A stretch of DNA of 64,000 bases from Heptranchias perlo (GCF_035084215.1 NC_090344.1:47554001-47618000); one strand, 5' to 3'; positions 51,256-64,000 are shown, counted from the stretch's first letter. Notes: generated by a model not told the origin, from the letters alone. Translations and numbers: made by a program.

Positions 51256-51421
51256 CTACAAAGTGGTCTCGCTGCCAGTGTCTCTCGAAGCCTTCTTTGT
51301 GTCTGTGTCATCATAATCGGACTCCATTTCTATCTTGACCTGAGGGACTGAGCAGATGGCGTTCCGCGAGTAGTTGAAAGCAGGGGAGGGTGGGCAAGAA
51401 ATCTTGAGATGTAAAGTTATG
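51256..51421 (-). CDS. SLC4A5: SLC4A5 terminal exon ([10 protein letters not shown]...VPQVKIEME...GSETTL*)
   Basis: TCTCTCCACAG acceptor; open frame ending ETTL-TAG, a class I PDZ ligand. Confidence 0.82.
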
Positions 51422-54400
51422 CTGTGGAGAGAGATGGACAGAAGAAAACATTACTCCCTTCACATACACACATTTTTATTCTAAAATGTTCCCTTGAGGG
51501 CACCTCAAAGAGCTCCGGTGGGAGAACCTTCACCACACGGACTGCAGCGGTTCAAGAAGGCGGCTCACCACCGCCACCTTCTCAAGGGGCAATTCGGGAT
51601 GGGCAATAAATGCCGGCCTCGCCAGCGACGCCCACATCCCATGAACGAATAAAAAAAAAAGTCGCACTGCCAGGTTTGGTGCAGAGCCTTGTCGACAAGA
51701 AAAGTCCCAGACTCGATCCCCGGTCTGTCCTGAGTGAGCTGGTCTCAGCCAGGGTAACAGTCAGAGCACGAGTGCTCACCTCAATATTCCAGGACAGTGA
51801 GGTCAGAAATCTCCTGAGTTCGAACGCCTGATCTCGTGATGCTTACTGAATAAAGGGTGCGTGGACAAGATCAGGTTGGACTGTGATGGACTGCCATGGT
51901 TGATTATGCCTCTATGAAGTACTTTGGGATATTCTTCTACGTTTAAGCCGCTATAATATCAATGCAGATGACTAGCCTGCTGACGTTCACCTATGAAGAA
52001 TGACCACCTTGAGGTATGAGAAGACTGCCAGCACACATGGAATCAAACACCAAAATGAGTCAGCACCTTCAAAAGAGCAGATAATGTTTCTCTTTTAAGT
52101 CGGTATTTTTTTCTCCTTCTTGAGGTGACCCCCCACAACACACCTTTGCTGGAGAACAGGCAGGTGCGTGACCTCCAAGTGATCTGTAGCTAGCAACTGA
52201 TAGCACGAGTGCATCCTGGAATAACTCTCCCTAGGTCAGGATGTTCCTGGCCTCCTTCCCCAGCAGAGACTTGGAATTATGCAACTGTCGGAGCTAATCC
52301 AATCAACTCCTCACCCGACATCCAGGAGTGACCCTTTAGCTTAGTGGTTGCATTCCCACCTCTGACATCAGAAGTGCAGGGGTTTGAACCTGCTCCAGAC
52401 GTTAAATGACAAAGGGGATAATGGTGCAAGGGGGAGGGGGGGTGATAAGGGGGTTTTATCACCATCTTTTTGCCTTGCACCATCTTCACTTTTATCATTT
52501 AATCACTCCTACCCTCCACCCTATCAGAAACCTTCCCTTTTGTTCTTTCCTCCCCCCCCCCACCTTTCCCTGGCTCTGTATTGCTTAAAAACTGTTAACT
52601 CTTTAACTTCTTCCAGTTCTGACGAAAGGTCATCGACCTGAAACATTTACTCTGTTTCTTGCTCCACAGATGCTGTCTGACCAGTTGAGTGTTTCCAGCA
52701 TTTTCTGCTTCTATCAACTTGTCCCATCCTTTCATAATTTAAACGCTTCTATCATATTGCCCTGTGATCTCCGTTGTTTAATTTTTTTAAGTCTTATTAT
52801 TTGTATTTCCTCATACCAAGCAGCCTCCTTATGAGTGTGCTTTGGACTCCTCCTAAAGCCTCAACATCCATCCTACAGTGTGGAGCCCAATACTGCACAC
52901 AGTCCTCTCACCTGAAGTCTCATTAATGTTTTATATAGGCTTATCATTACCTTGTGGCTTTTAGGGATAGAAGTAGGCCATTCAGCCCCTCAAGTCTGCT
53001 CCGCCATTCAGTTAGAGCATGGATGATCTGTACCTCAACACCATTTACCCATCTTAGCTCCATATCCCTTAATACCCATACCCAACAAAAATATTCTTTA
53101 TTTTATATTCTACACCTCTTGTGATAAAACCTGGAATTCCATTATTGCACTTTACAACCAATGAATTACTTTTGAAACACAATCACTGTTACTTGGGCAA
53201 GTGGCAATTTCTTTACTGTAATACAAACAATTAAAAGAATTTCAATGTTTCTATGTTCTGTACTCTGGGCACACAGAAGAATTCAGTGGAAGCAGAAATC
53301 TGGTCAATGCAAAACCGTGCACTCGTATTTGGAATCTCGGCGATGCTCTGTCTCATTTAAAGAAAGGGTCAAAAAAATGAAAAGCAGCGAGTACCTGCGG
53401 TCGAGCGAATCGGAGTTGCTTGGCGACGTTTCAGCATGCATAGCTCCAGCTAGAGGATCTTTCTCCTGGTAACCAATCACATTCACAGGTCAAGGGAAGT
53501 AAAGACATTAAACAGACCTCGTGTCGTATCTCTCAACTGGCCGTGGTTCCATTGAGACATCCAATGTTAAACAGCACCATGGAGAATAGTGAAACTCATA
53601 AGTTTGGCAAAATCAGCTGACTTTCTCCATTTATGGAAAATCAATGATCTCCCTGTCCCGCCCCAAACAAACCCTCTTCCCCCAAAAAGCTGTTGAGGCT
53701 GGGGGTCAATTGAAAATGTCAAAACTGAGATTGATAGATTTTTGTTGGGCAAGGGGATTAAGTGTTACGCGACCAAGGCGGGTAAATGGAGATAAGATAC
53801 AGATCAGCCATGATCTAATTAAATGGCGGAACAGGCTTGAGGGACTGAATGGCCTATTCCTGTTCCTGTGTTTCAGCTGAACTCTACCCTGAGTTCCAGC
53901 AAGTCAACACACTGCAGGTCGAGAGGGATCCACTGTTCCCGAGCAAGCTGACTGAAGTCATTTGAAGTGAAATTCCTGGTTTGGGGGGAGGTTTGCTGCC
54001 CATCGGGTCCCACGGGGCATTGAAACCCCTCGCTATGTTATCATCTGAGTCAAGGGCGAAAGGCTGGGATGTCGTTAATGACCAGCGTGGACATGCAAAA
54101 ACAGTTTGATGAAATGACTGATGTGGCAGAACAAAATTCAGGAAGAGTCATGGGGGAGGGGACAATGAGTCAGACCTTCCATTCATGGTTTAGAGTAGAT
54201 CGTTTTTGTAAATCAGTAAGTTGTACTTTGTGGAAAATTGGCACATGAGAAATATCAAAAAATGCATTAAAGCAAATCCTGGTCCCTCCCTCTGGGAAGA
54301 CATGGCTTCACCTTACAATGTCCCCACAGCGATACAGGAAGGAAACCTGCTGTCTTTACCCAGTCTGGGCCGAGATGTGACTCCAGCCCCACACCAACAT

Positions 54401-57400
54401 AGTTGACTCTTAACTGCCCTCTCAAGTGGCCTAGCCAGCCACTCAGTTGTTTCACCACCTTCTCAGGGCAACTAGGGATGGGCAAGAAATGCCGGCCTTG
54501 CTGGCGACGCCCGCATCCCGAGAATGAATGTAAAGATACAATCAGTAGGCACCATGTTGGGTTGGGCCACTCGGCCAGGATAGTGCAGCATTAGCAGAGG
54601 CCCTCGCCCCCCTTTCATCTGCTTTTCTTCCAGCAAAAGACAAAAATAAATTAGGAGAGATTAAAAAAAAAACAAAGCTTCGTGATGCTTGATCACAACG
54701 TCTTGATTTGTCTTATCTCTCCTGCTCCTTTGGGTGTCCCACGTTATGGGCCTGTCCCTTTAGCTAGGATCTTAATTTTCAAAAAATAGAAACAGAACAC
54801 AAATGCTGGAAATGCACTGCCAGCATCTGAAAGAGAAAGGTTAACAGTTCAGGTGAAACTGTTCTGAGGATGGGTCCCATCGAGAGTCCTAACTCACCTT
54901 TAAGATGCTGACTCTGCATTTTGAGCAATTTCTGTGTTATTCCAAAAATAAAATGCTCCATCACCAGTTGCTTTCAATTGTAACAATTCCCTGTGAAACA
55001 TCTCATTCATTTGTTTCACCCTTTGATTTCTTTCAAATTGAGAAACCTTGGTGAAGCTCCAAAGCCCACAGTGTGGTGCAAGTTGAAAGAAGTAGGAGAG
55101 AAGATGAGGTAAATTAGCAAGTAATGATTAGGTGGTACTAGAAAGACTTGAGGGAGGGAAGCAGTTTGAGCTGCTGGGAAAGAATGAGTTAACGAGGAGT
55201 CTTGATTTCAACAAAGTGTGGATGCAGGGAGGAGGAAGAGCATTGGTTTGGCATGTCTGGAGTTTGGGAAGAATGGGGCAGAATGGCTACAGAAATATCA
55301 ATTCTATGGAAAGGCTGGAGGTGAACAGCTCTGAAAGCTAGTGGAATTATCAACACAAGAGTGAATGGTAGTGTGATTTCATCTTGGTATTAGAAAGTGT
55401 GGGTGAGATACGACGGTTCTTCTTTCTGAACCCTGTTGATTCCAAAGCCCAGAACTCTGCACAGTCTGTCGCTAGGGTGACCAGTAAATTCTTGTTGTAC
55501 GTCAACGTGTTTGTGACAGAGTTCCAGAGTGGGTCCTGATATTTTGTCGAGGTAAGTCTTTCAGAGAAGACAAGTATCACATGATTATGGTTGAGATCTG
55601 AATCTAATTTGGTTCCCACAACAAAGTATTTTTTCTATCTGCTTTCTGTGTGCATTATTTTATGGTTCACCAAAAACATGGTAAGCTCTGTAAGCTGCAG
55701 GCCGCTACAGAACTTCTTAAGAGAATTTGTGGTTCCCAACGAGCTAATTTTTGCATTTATGAAATACAGTATAATCTTCATGTTGTGATCTAAGTGTTAA
55801 AGCTTGTTCTTCATTGTCTGAAGTTTACTGGTGTATTTAAGAAATATGCAAATCAAATTAATAATGCCTTCAAAAAGTGAGTGGCAACTGTCAAGTAACA
55901 CACGATGATAAAATGAGAGATTTCACAGTGTCATCTGCTAGATTTGTGAAAGCCATTTGAATTCGCTGACCTCAGCCAGAGTAGTACTGAGTTAGGACAA
56001 TTAGCTTCAGTGCCCCAGGGCTCGACAGGGGGGAAAAGTAATCACTTTTGCAAAGGGCCCGCGGAACGACAGTCAACAAAAAAGGAAGGTAGGTGGGGAG
56101 AATAATTAACAAGGCAAAGAAATGGTTAAAATCAGGTCAGAATACCAGTAATTAAGTGAGTGTGCTGAAAGATTCAGTAGTTAATTTTAGATTGAGTAGA
56201 GATGATTAAATTGTTGAAGTGTTTTAATGAGATGAAAATGGTTATTGGCTTTAAATGAATGGAAGAGACGAGTTGATTAGTTGAGTAACCAGTTAAGACA
56301 TCTGATAACAAGCAGCTGTCGTTGAGCACATTACTCACGAGCAGGGCTCTGGGAGCCATTTTTCTGTGGTTCAATTTGTTCCAGAGGAATCTTTACTGGC
56401 GCTGAGGGAGTGAGAGCCTTGGACTGGAAGGAAACCTGGAAGTTCAGGCAAAAGGTTTAGGACTTCAACATATACAGCATTGTTATCTTGAACCTGGCAA
56501 CAAAGTGAAGTGACAAGTATCTTGAAAGAGTAGAAAGTCATGGTAATCTGAAGGTTTGTTCTCAAACTGTCATCGCTGAGCCAAGCTACCGTGCAATGGG
56601 ATGGGAGAATGCAGTTTTGTACCTGGTGATTTTCCACATGACAAGTTGATGAGTACTGAATGGTCCTGGGAATAAGACCAGACTGCAATCTAATTTCAAG
56701 GTTTGGATGATGACCAACAACCTCAGCTTTGCTTTTCAATGTTGTCATTTAGTCCCCTTCATACTGACACCTTCCACCTGTGTTTTTGGGTACAAGTTCT
56801 CATCCAACTTTCCCTCTGTTTTTATTTCCCTTTTACTTTTGCTCCCATCCCAAAAGGTGGTAACTCGTGCTGGGCTGTGATTTCAGTCGTGATGTCCAGT
56901 TTCAAGTACCTTGTTGAAGTGGCCATTCTTGACATGTGAGCCTGGACCTTCAATGAAGGCCATGACAACTGTGTTGGATTCACTGAGCACCAATTCGGAT
57001 TGGGAAACTTGGCCACTTTTTTCTTTCTCTTAGTCTGAGGATGAGAAGGCTAACTGAAGAATCTTTGACTGAGATCGGTCAACTTAGCAATCACCAAGGA
57101 CCGAATAGCGAGTGCAGCCCATGTTGTACATTCACCTGTTGAGACATCAGGAGATATTGGTTGAATCCAATTGTTGAATCAGCAGTGTGGTCGTACCAAG
57201 CAAAGCCTAGTTAGGACCTGCTAAGTTCAGGGTGCCCTGTACCTCATTTTATAAAGAATAGGAGTCACCCATGTACAGAGGGACAAAATGTTCCCATGTG
57301 CTACACTGGGCTACAGGTATTCCTGTCGGGAAAAAGGAGAGGCGGCTACCTATGGATTCTGAAGTTAATTTTCGTCTCTTAAATTTTGGACCCAGGAATC

Positions 57401-60400
57401 CGTGGAATCCATTGCCAGATAGTAATGGATAGCGCACTTGGGGGGAGATTCCAGCCTTGGGGTAAATGACCTGCCTGCTCACTGGGTGGAGAGGTTTGAG
57501 TGGGCTTGGACCAGTGCTTCTGTTTAAATTGTGGTCAACTAAGAGGTTCTGATCAGTGTACAGAGGTAAGGACCCACCAGTGCGTCGTCTTAAATGCAAT
57601 ATTAAAATTTGGGTTTAAGTCGTAGTGAATCTACATTACAAGCACTGTAGCCAAATCAGAAGACTGAAGGAACAAGAAAAGTCATCTCGAGTTAACGACA
57701 ATTACAGTTGTAACTTTAAAATGTGCCCTGTGAAAATATGATTGTCAAAACTATTGTCAGTTCACCAGCATTGCCTGAGACCTTTCTGCAGGTGATCTTC
57801 AGAATGGAAGCTCCTACGTATCCAGGCTGAAGACCATCTTGCTGTGAGAGGTGTTAGAATGGACAAAAAGCAAATGGAACAGTTGGCTGAACATCTTCAC
57901 ATGGATGAGCGCTGATTACAGATGCATCATAGAATCATAAAATTCTGCACTGCAGAAGGAGACTATTTGGCCCATCACACCCATGCTAGCTCTCTGAAAG
58001 AACCACTCACTTCGTTCCATTCCCCTGCTTTTCCTCACACGCTGTAAATTAGTCCTTTTCAAATGTCTATTCAATTCCCTTTTGAAAGCCATTATGGATT
58101 CTGCTTCCAGCACTGTTCCTGTTCGGGCACTGCATGTACTAACAATTCACTCCTTAAGTGAAATTCCCCTGACCTGTCCCTTCATTTTTTTTAATGATGA
58201 TCATGAATTTGTGCCATTTAGTTACCGACTCATTGATCAGTGGAAATAGTTTTTCCTGATTTCCGTCATGAAATCCTCTCAAAAGTTTGAACATCATTAT
58301 CAGATCTCCTCTCCTCTTTCTTCCAGAGACTTGAGCACAAAATCTAGGCTGACACTCCAGTGCAGTACCGAGGGCGTGCTGCACGGACGAAGATGCCGTC
58401 TTTTGGATGAGACGTGAAGCCAAGGTTCTGTCTGCCCTCTCGGGTGGAAGTAAAAGATTCCCATGGCATTTTTCGAAGAGGAGCAGGGGAGTTCTCCCTG
58501 ATTTCCTGGCCATTGCCCTTGACACAAGTGACCTGGTCATTACCACATTGATGTTTGTGGGATCTTGCTGTGCGCAAATTGGCTGCTGCGTTTCCTACAT
58601 TACAACAGTGACTACGCTTCAAAAGAACTCCATTGGCTGTGAAGCGCTTTGGGACATCCTGAGGTCGTGAAAGGCGCTATATAAATACAAGTCTTTTTTT
58701 CCCTTTCTTTTTGTTGCAATGAAAAGAGCCCCAGTTTCTGTTGTTTCTCCTCACAATGAACGCCTCTCATCAATGGTAACAATTTGCAAATAAAGGCCAT
58801 GTTATGAGTTGATCCAGATGTGGGTTTAAGCCCACAGGTGGAGGCAATTTGAATCCCTTCGCTGGCTGTGAACATCTTGTTTACTATATAGTTTTTAAAA
58901 TTTCTGATGCACGTAAAGTTCTGAGTGACCCCGCTTGTGACAGCTTAGAAATCACTTTGCACGGTCAGTTTTTCCAGATAATTGTTCCAGTACGTTTTAA
59001 ATTTCAGTGAAATGAGTGGGCTTTCCTTGTACTGATCAGGAAGATTCCAGATTTTGTGGTGGAAGAGGGTACCTGAATTGGCCTCTGTCCTTGGTGAGCA
59101 GAGGGAAAAAGATCAGCCAAGGTTCCCACTCCCAACAGTTACCCAGTGATTGTGCTGAGAAGTTTATATGTGTGCACGTCAGGCGAGGACGAGATGAGTA
59201 TTAGCTGTGAGACCCTCAGGGAAAATAACCTGCTCATACCCAGCGCCAATGCTAAATGATCATAAATGATGACTTGGGTGAGGGAGTGGAGAGCTATGAG
59301 TGCCCATGGACCTGTGTCAGCATTTTCTCTACCTCTCCTCCTTTTAAGAAGCTCCTTAAAACCTAACTCTTGGTCCTAATGTCACCTTCTTTGGCTCGGT
59401 GTCAATTTTTGTCTGATTACGCTCCTGTGAAGCGCCTTGGGACGTTTTGTTACGTTGAAGGTGCTGTATAAATGCAAGCTGTTGTTGTTCTGTGGGGGAG
59501 GGAAAAATGCTTCGATAGATTCTTTCTAATGCACCAGTTTTAAGTGAGGGACGGAGTCATTTTATGAATGAGTAGTGAACTCGTCATACATTGGACTTTG
59601 CTTTTCGCTTCGTGCTGTTCCGTGACCAGCAGAGTGCACTGCAATACAAGTGATGCTGCATTTACCAAGGGATAATCTTGCATTAAGAGGCTTTCCATCT
59701 TCCGAAGCATCAAGGCAGGAATCCAATCCAACTGTGGGGATAGATTACATGCAAACTAATGGATTCCCGGGAGTGATTACAGACTGCAGTTTAACTTAGG
59801 GATTCAGGCTACTGCTTTCAAATAAGGCCAGGGTATAGTTCAATATTGTTGAAATACATAAACACTGCTAAGTTCAGGGGAAGAAGTTCAGATTTAATTT
59901 TATTTGAACAAATGTTGACTGCAAGTGAGCTCCACACGATTTACAGTGAAGAATTAATGTTGTGTTTCCTCGAACACATAGAATGGATGATGCGTCCAGA
60001 ACTTAAACTTGGTGGTGGGTATAACAGCAGCATCACCATTGTCACCAGTTGACTATTGTCCGAGCGATTGTCCTCCACCGCTCTTTATAAGGCAGGGACA
60101 TGAACCTTGGTGTTGTGTCCACGGTGGATATTTCATTGACTTGTTCTGTACGGCAGCTGTGTTACGGTTTTCAGGCTGAGGATTAGATCTTTGATGACAT
60201 TTCCCCCCCATCGGAGGTCCCTCTGACCCTCCTCCAGGGGCTCATCAGCCCAAAGCCGTTGGCACTTTCTGGAGGTGACCTGGTTACGTAACCTGCACTC
60301 GGTGTTGACCAGTCCCAGGTAGCACCATTTACTGTCATTGCTGTCGCAGGTTTTAACACCTGACTGGACACGAGGGGAGATTGTACTTCCAGTAGGTGTG

Positions 60401-62043
60401 CCTGAGCCTATGATAGATCATGTCAGAAATAAAACCCAGTGCATCTGCTGCCGCGATGCCATTAAAAATGCCAATGTTGAGTTCCCTAAATTACTGGGTA
60501 AAGGCAATGCGGATATATTATCAAAACATCAGACAAAAGGTTGCAAGTTGGATTCTGATCTCTGGTGAAATAACCACAACACCGATTGGATTGACTTCCC
60601 TCTGGGTGAGGGACGATTAGTTCCTCATCACCATCCAGCGACTTCTGCCGGAGAGTGGACCCATGTGGGCATTGGATGAGAAGAGGATTGGGCCTGGCTG
60701 TGATAACCACTGTAATCGAGTCGCGTGACGACAATTGCTGTCTCGGCTCACACATAAAGAATCGCTACTTTGGACAAGGTGTGAAAGGGCTGTCGGTTAC
60801 CAATCGAACAGCGATCAAAGAAAACGTCAACGTTCAGAATGGAAGAAATGTTAGTTTTCTACATCCTACGCACTCCCAAGTCCTTTACAGCGTGGGCTGA
60901 AGGCAGAGTCAAGTTCCCAGCAATCTGCTCAATCCTTTTCACCCCTAACTTCACCAGTACAAGATCCTCCATTCCCTGTGCTCTTGTGGCTGCTGAGTGA
61001 GATTTAAAGCTTTTGCTTCAATTTTAGAGGAACATAAATAACTTGCCTGCCTTTACATGTCTGGTAGGTCAGTTTACCGTGTGTTCCGACAGTACAGGGT
61101 GATTCCAGTGCTCAGTGTTCCCTGTGAGTCTCGCTCTTCATTGGATACACTGCATCACAGAATCACCCCCTCATGCAGTTGTGCAGTGAGTTTGCTCGTA
61201 GGGTTGTGATGCAGGAATTCTGCATGAGGGGGCTGTTGGCTAAGGCTCTGGGGGGGGGGGGGGGCGGCGGTGGGTGGGGGAATGTCCTGATCTAGGTTTC
61301 GTTGTGAAGTTGTGAACTTTTTAGGCTGTGCCCAGTCAGTTCTTTGGTGGGGGCTGCTGAAATGGTTCTTGGGATGACTGTGGCAGGCAAGGCAGAGACT
61401 GCACACCACCCACTCAGATTGGCATATATCGCACCAGTGCTTTGCCAGGATCCAGGTGCTTGTTGAAGCAGTTGTGCTTTGCCACAGCACAGGGTGATGC
61501 GTCTTTCCTGCCCAGTAGTGAGAGCTGTGATAATCTACATGTGTCTGGAGGTTGAGCCCAGGAAGTTGGTGCTGACTTATGGGTGGTCTTATGGATCCCA
61601 CACTTTAAAACTCGCCAGTATGGACCCTAACTGGCTTCAGAGAGGCAACTTCAATCTGATCAGCCGAAGCCAGGTTTCGGGTGCTGTAACTAAGTCCTTT
61701 GGATCAATGGTCGTGTGACTGGCGTAACAGTAGCTGTGTGGTTTCGTACCAGCGCTTTTAACAGCTTGTTTCCGATTGTGAATCTGTTCACCAGGAGGGT
61801 TGAAAGTTACATTAAAAATACAAGAGTGTAAATCAGATGGAGAAATGGTGAGTATTTCAATGCAGCTGTGTTGCTCACCTCATTGGCACTATCTCTGTCT
61901 TGGTCTTTGACCTTCAACTTGTTTTTCTTCTTGTCATCAACCTTCTTCTTGTCTTTTTCGGGCAGGATGTCATCTAACCATGCAAGGTCATGCTGGGAGA
62001 AAACCAGGTCTAGCATCTTCCGCACAAGGATCAGTGCAAGGAT
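51256..62043 (-). CDS. SLC4A5: Electrogenic Na+/HCO3- cotransporter NBCe2, 3' part (4 exons; 5' part right of the window)
   Basis: Exons 62043-61879, 56423-56339, 53465-53395, 51421-51256, all [26 protein letters not shown] and [11 protein letters not shown] match recalled SLC4A5; convergent with MTHFD2 as in human. Confidence 0.9.
51519..51660 (+). mobile_element. Short CR1-type LINE 3' end with A-rich tail
   Basis: Near copy of 35330-35460. Confidence 0.75.
52402..52714 (+). mobile_element. Penelope-like 3' terminal fragment with 5' inversion and hammerhead motif
   Basis: Similar to 14490-14754; 52402-52449 is an inverted copy of 52456-52502; CTGACGA-A-AGGTC-ATC-GACCT-GAAA at 52619-52643. 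Confidence 0.78.
53395..53465 (-). CDS. SLC4A5: SLC4A5 dual-frame 71-nt exon ([11 protein letters not shown] or [23 protein letters not shown])
   Basis: TTACCAG acceptor, AG|GTACTC donor; both frames resemble known SLC4 tails. Confidence 0.85.
53690..53870 (+). mobile_element. CR1-type LINE 3' end
   Basis: GAGATTGATAGATTTTTG...GATCAGCCATGATCT...GAATGGCCTATTCCTGTTCCT. Confidence 0.65.
56339..56423 (-). CDS. SLC4A5: SLC4A5 85-nt frame-shifting cassette exon ([28 protein letters not shown])
   Basis: TTTCCTTCCAG acceptor, GTGAGT donor; KIP motif as in SLC4A4/5 tails. Confidence 0.85.
57925..58320 (-). mobile_element. CR1-type LINE 3' fragment
   Basis: Minus strand reads [11 protein letters not shown] and [13 protein letters not shown]; related to the 32000-32488 family. 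Confidence 0.65.
58320..58700 (+). mobile_element. Deu-domain SINE (SacSINE1/AmnSINE1-like)
   Basis: GGCTGACACTCCAGTGCAGTAC...GTGGGATCTTGCTGTGCGCAAATTGGCTGC core and L2-like tail GAAAGGCGCTATATAAAT; fragments also near 2150-2260, 20170-20440, 47880-48200. Confidence 0.8.
59040..59325 (+). mobile_element. Old SINE, LF-SINE-like, degenerate
   Basis: Shares GCTGTGA..CC, AAGAATGRCCACTTGG and CCCATGGA blocks with 51700-52080, 60690-60810 and (minus) 41700-41860. Family assignment from memory only. Confidence 0.4.
61879..62043 (-). CDS. SLC4A5: SLC4A5 exon ([34 protein letters not shown]...DSANE)
   Basis: 165 nt, phase 0/0; CTAG acceptor, GTGAGC donor; last TM helix plus Lys-rich stretch. Confidence 0.93.
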
Positions 62044-63043
62044 CTAGCGTGTTGGTGAAAATAAGTACAAGACTTTGCAGGTCAACATTTCTGGAAAACT
62101 GTTACAAACTGCTGAACTAAATTAACATGGAATGCAATTCTTCCCCAATCACAGTATTTGCAAAGTTTAACGATTGCCAGAGGGAGCTTTTGTCAGTAAC
62201 TTTTTCCACTTTCATGTTTAGTGTTTGAATTCCAAAAAGCAAAATTGAAAAGCTTGTAGAAACTGGATGTGTGGGGTATGCCATGCAATGACGGAAAGAG
62301 ACTGTTCACGATGACCCACATGAGCAACTTTGTATTGTGACCACATTGTTGGACGGAGCCTGAAGCTGTGGGTTTCAGTAGTGTCTGAAGTAAGCTCCTT
62401 TCTTCCCCCAACCCTGATCTAAGGATGTTCACCAGATGGTGACTTGAAGGTACATTCTTGGGTCTGGCCATTTCGTGGCACGGCACTTGGGTTTATCAAT
62501 ATGCCGTGCCACCAGGCAGCCTCTGCAGAAGCCTTCTAATCCTCGCCATGGTGAGGTCCTGTTCCTTCACCACTGCTTAATGTTTCTTAACAGGAAGCAC
62601 ATGTTCTCCCATCCCCCTTCTGCTGTGGAGCTCAGAACAAGACCCTTGCAGAGACTCCGAGCAAGGATGTCCGTGATAAATGGAAAGAGGCAAATGGAAA
62701 TGTCAAATTGTAGAATCGAACCAAAGCAGCCAAAATAAAAACTATTCCTCTCGAGCTCAACTGCAAAGTGAAACATTCACTGGGTACAAGTTCACACCTA
62801 TTTGGGATAAAGAGGAAGAGTCTAATTACTTGCCCAACAGAGTGTGAGTAAGAAAGCAAGCAACTGAGTTTATATGGCACCTTCTCAAGTCCTTAGGATA
62901 TCCCGACACTCTTCACAATCAATGAATCATTTTTCAAGAGCAGTCATTGCAACAACAGTAGACAGTAAAAATATACTTAAAGCTAAATAATTTACACATG
63001 TGAGAGCACAGTGAGGTGATTGGGAATTGAACCGGTTATACTT

Positions 63044-63300
63044 CATAGAATCGTACAGCACAGAAGGAGGCCATTCGGCCCATCGTGCCTGTGCCGGCTC
63101 TTCGAAAGAGCTACCCAATTAGTCACACTCCCCTGCCCCACAGCCCTGCCAATTTTTTTTTCAGGTATATATCCAATTCCTTTTTGAAAGTTACTATTGA
63201 ATCTGCTTCCACCGCCTTATCAGGCAGCGCATTCCAACTCGCTGCGTGATAAAAATGTTTCCTCAACTCCCCTCTGGTCCTTTTGCCAATTATCCTATAA
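63044..63300 (-). mobile_element. CR1-type LINE 3' end
   Basis: CATAGAATCGTACAGCACAGAAGGAGGCCATTCGGCCC...; reverse complement of the 32220-32488 family. Confidence 0.78.
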
Positions 63301-63599
63301 ATTACATTTCTCGTATCCGTGCTTAGAGGCCAGTGTTAAGCTCCAAGCCTGGAAATGGCGCTGTTCTCTGATTTAGATCAATGCCTCATGAACTTGCAAT
63401 CTAAACATGGAAACCATTCCCATGTTACTGCAGTTGGAAACCATGTAAAATATGGACTGGGTTTGTGGTCAGAGTCAAAGCCCCCTCAGGAGATATGAGT
63501 GTTTACTTTGATATGACTGGATTTCACTAACAATTGCTGGATGGCATTGTTCTGGCTATTTTTGGAGTCCATCTGGGGTTAAAGACATGAATGCCTGTC

Positions 63600-64000
63600 T
63601 GCATATCTGACCAAAATATGTTGGCTTCTCCAAATGTGATTCTAATTTTGGCATTGTTTTGATTTCTAATTAACGTCTCGAATTTAAAATTCTCATCCTT
63701 ATGTTCACATCCCTCTATTGCCTAGTCCCTCTCTGCCTCTGTAACCTCCTCCAGCTCTACAACCCTCATGGAACTCCGCGTTCCTCCAATTCTGGCCTCT
63801 TGCGCAACCCCAGTTTCCTTCGGCCCACCAATGGTGGCTATGCCTTCAGCTGCCTAGGCCCTAAGTTCTGGACTTCCCTCCCTAAACCTCTCCTCCTCTC
63901 TGCCTCTCACTCTCTCTCCTCCTTAAGATGCTCCTTAAAACCTACCTCTTTGACCAAGCTTTTGGTCACCTGTCGCAATATCTCTTTATGTGGCTCAGTG
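63600..64000 (+). mobile_element. L2-type LINE 3' fragment
   Basis: TTTAAAATTCTCATCCT...GGTGGC..TGCCTTCAGCTGCCTAGGCCC...CTCCTTAAAACCTACCTCTTTGACCAAGC. Confidence 0.75.

Noticed and set aside
59666-59731. Possible extra 66-nt in-frame SLC4A5 exon ([22 protein letters not shown])
   Set aside because: Has CCCCACAG and GTAAAT sites but no resemblance to SLC4 tails; unsupported without RNA data.
1-64000. CRISPR arrays, rRNA/tRNA genes, prokaryotic operons
   Set aside because: Spliced vertebrate locus; no repeat-spacer array or structural RNA gene recognised.

Overview
Vertebrate genomic DNA, probably a cartilaginous fish given the Deu-SINE, CR1, L2 and Penelope repeats. It is intron-rich, so most listed ORFs are spurious; genes were rebuilt by hand from splice sites. 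Gene order: MOB1A (-, first coding exon only, 19-32), a shared CpG-island promoter, an hnRNP H/F-family gene (+, 11 coding exons, 462 aa, three qRRMs, 2325-18780), MTHFD2 (+, 8 exons, 334 aa, 23706-43540) and the 3' end of SLC4A5/NBCe2 (-, 4 exons, 51256-62043). Highlights: (1) the hnRNP H-like gene sits between MOB1A and MTHFD2, where I recall no such gene in human, so it may be a retained fourth ohnolog; (2) two ~220-bp fold-back Penelope-type elements with TSDs each carry hammerhead-ribozyme motifs on both strands; (3) SLC4A5 has a dual-frame exon giving either the mammal-like short tail or an NBCe1-C-like PDZ tail ending ETTL. Homology calls rest on recalled sequences, not searches.
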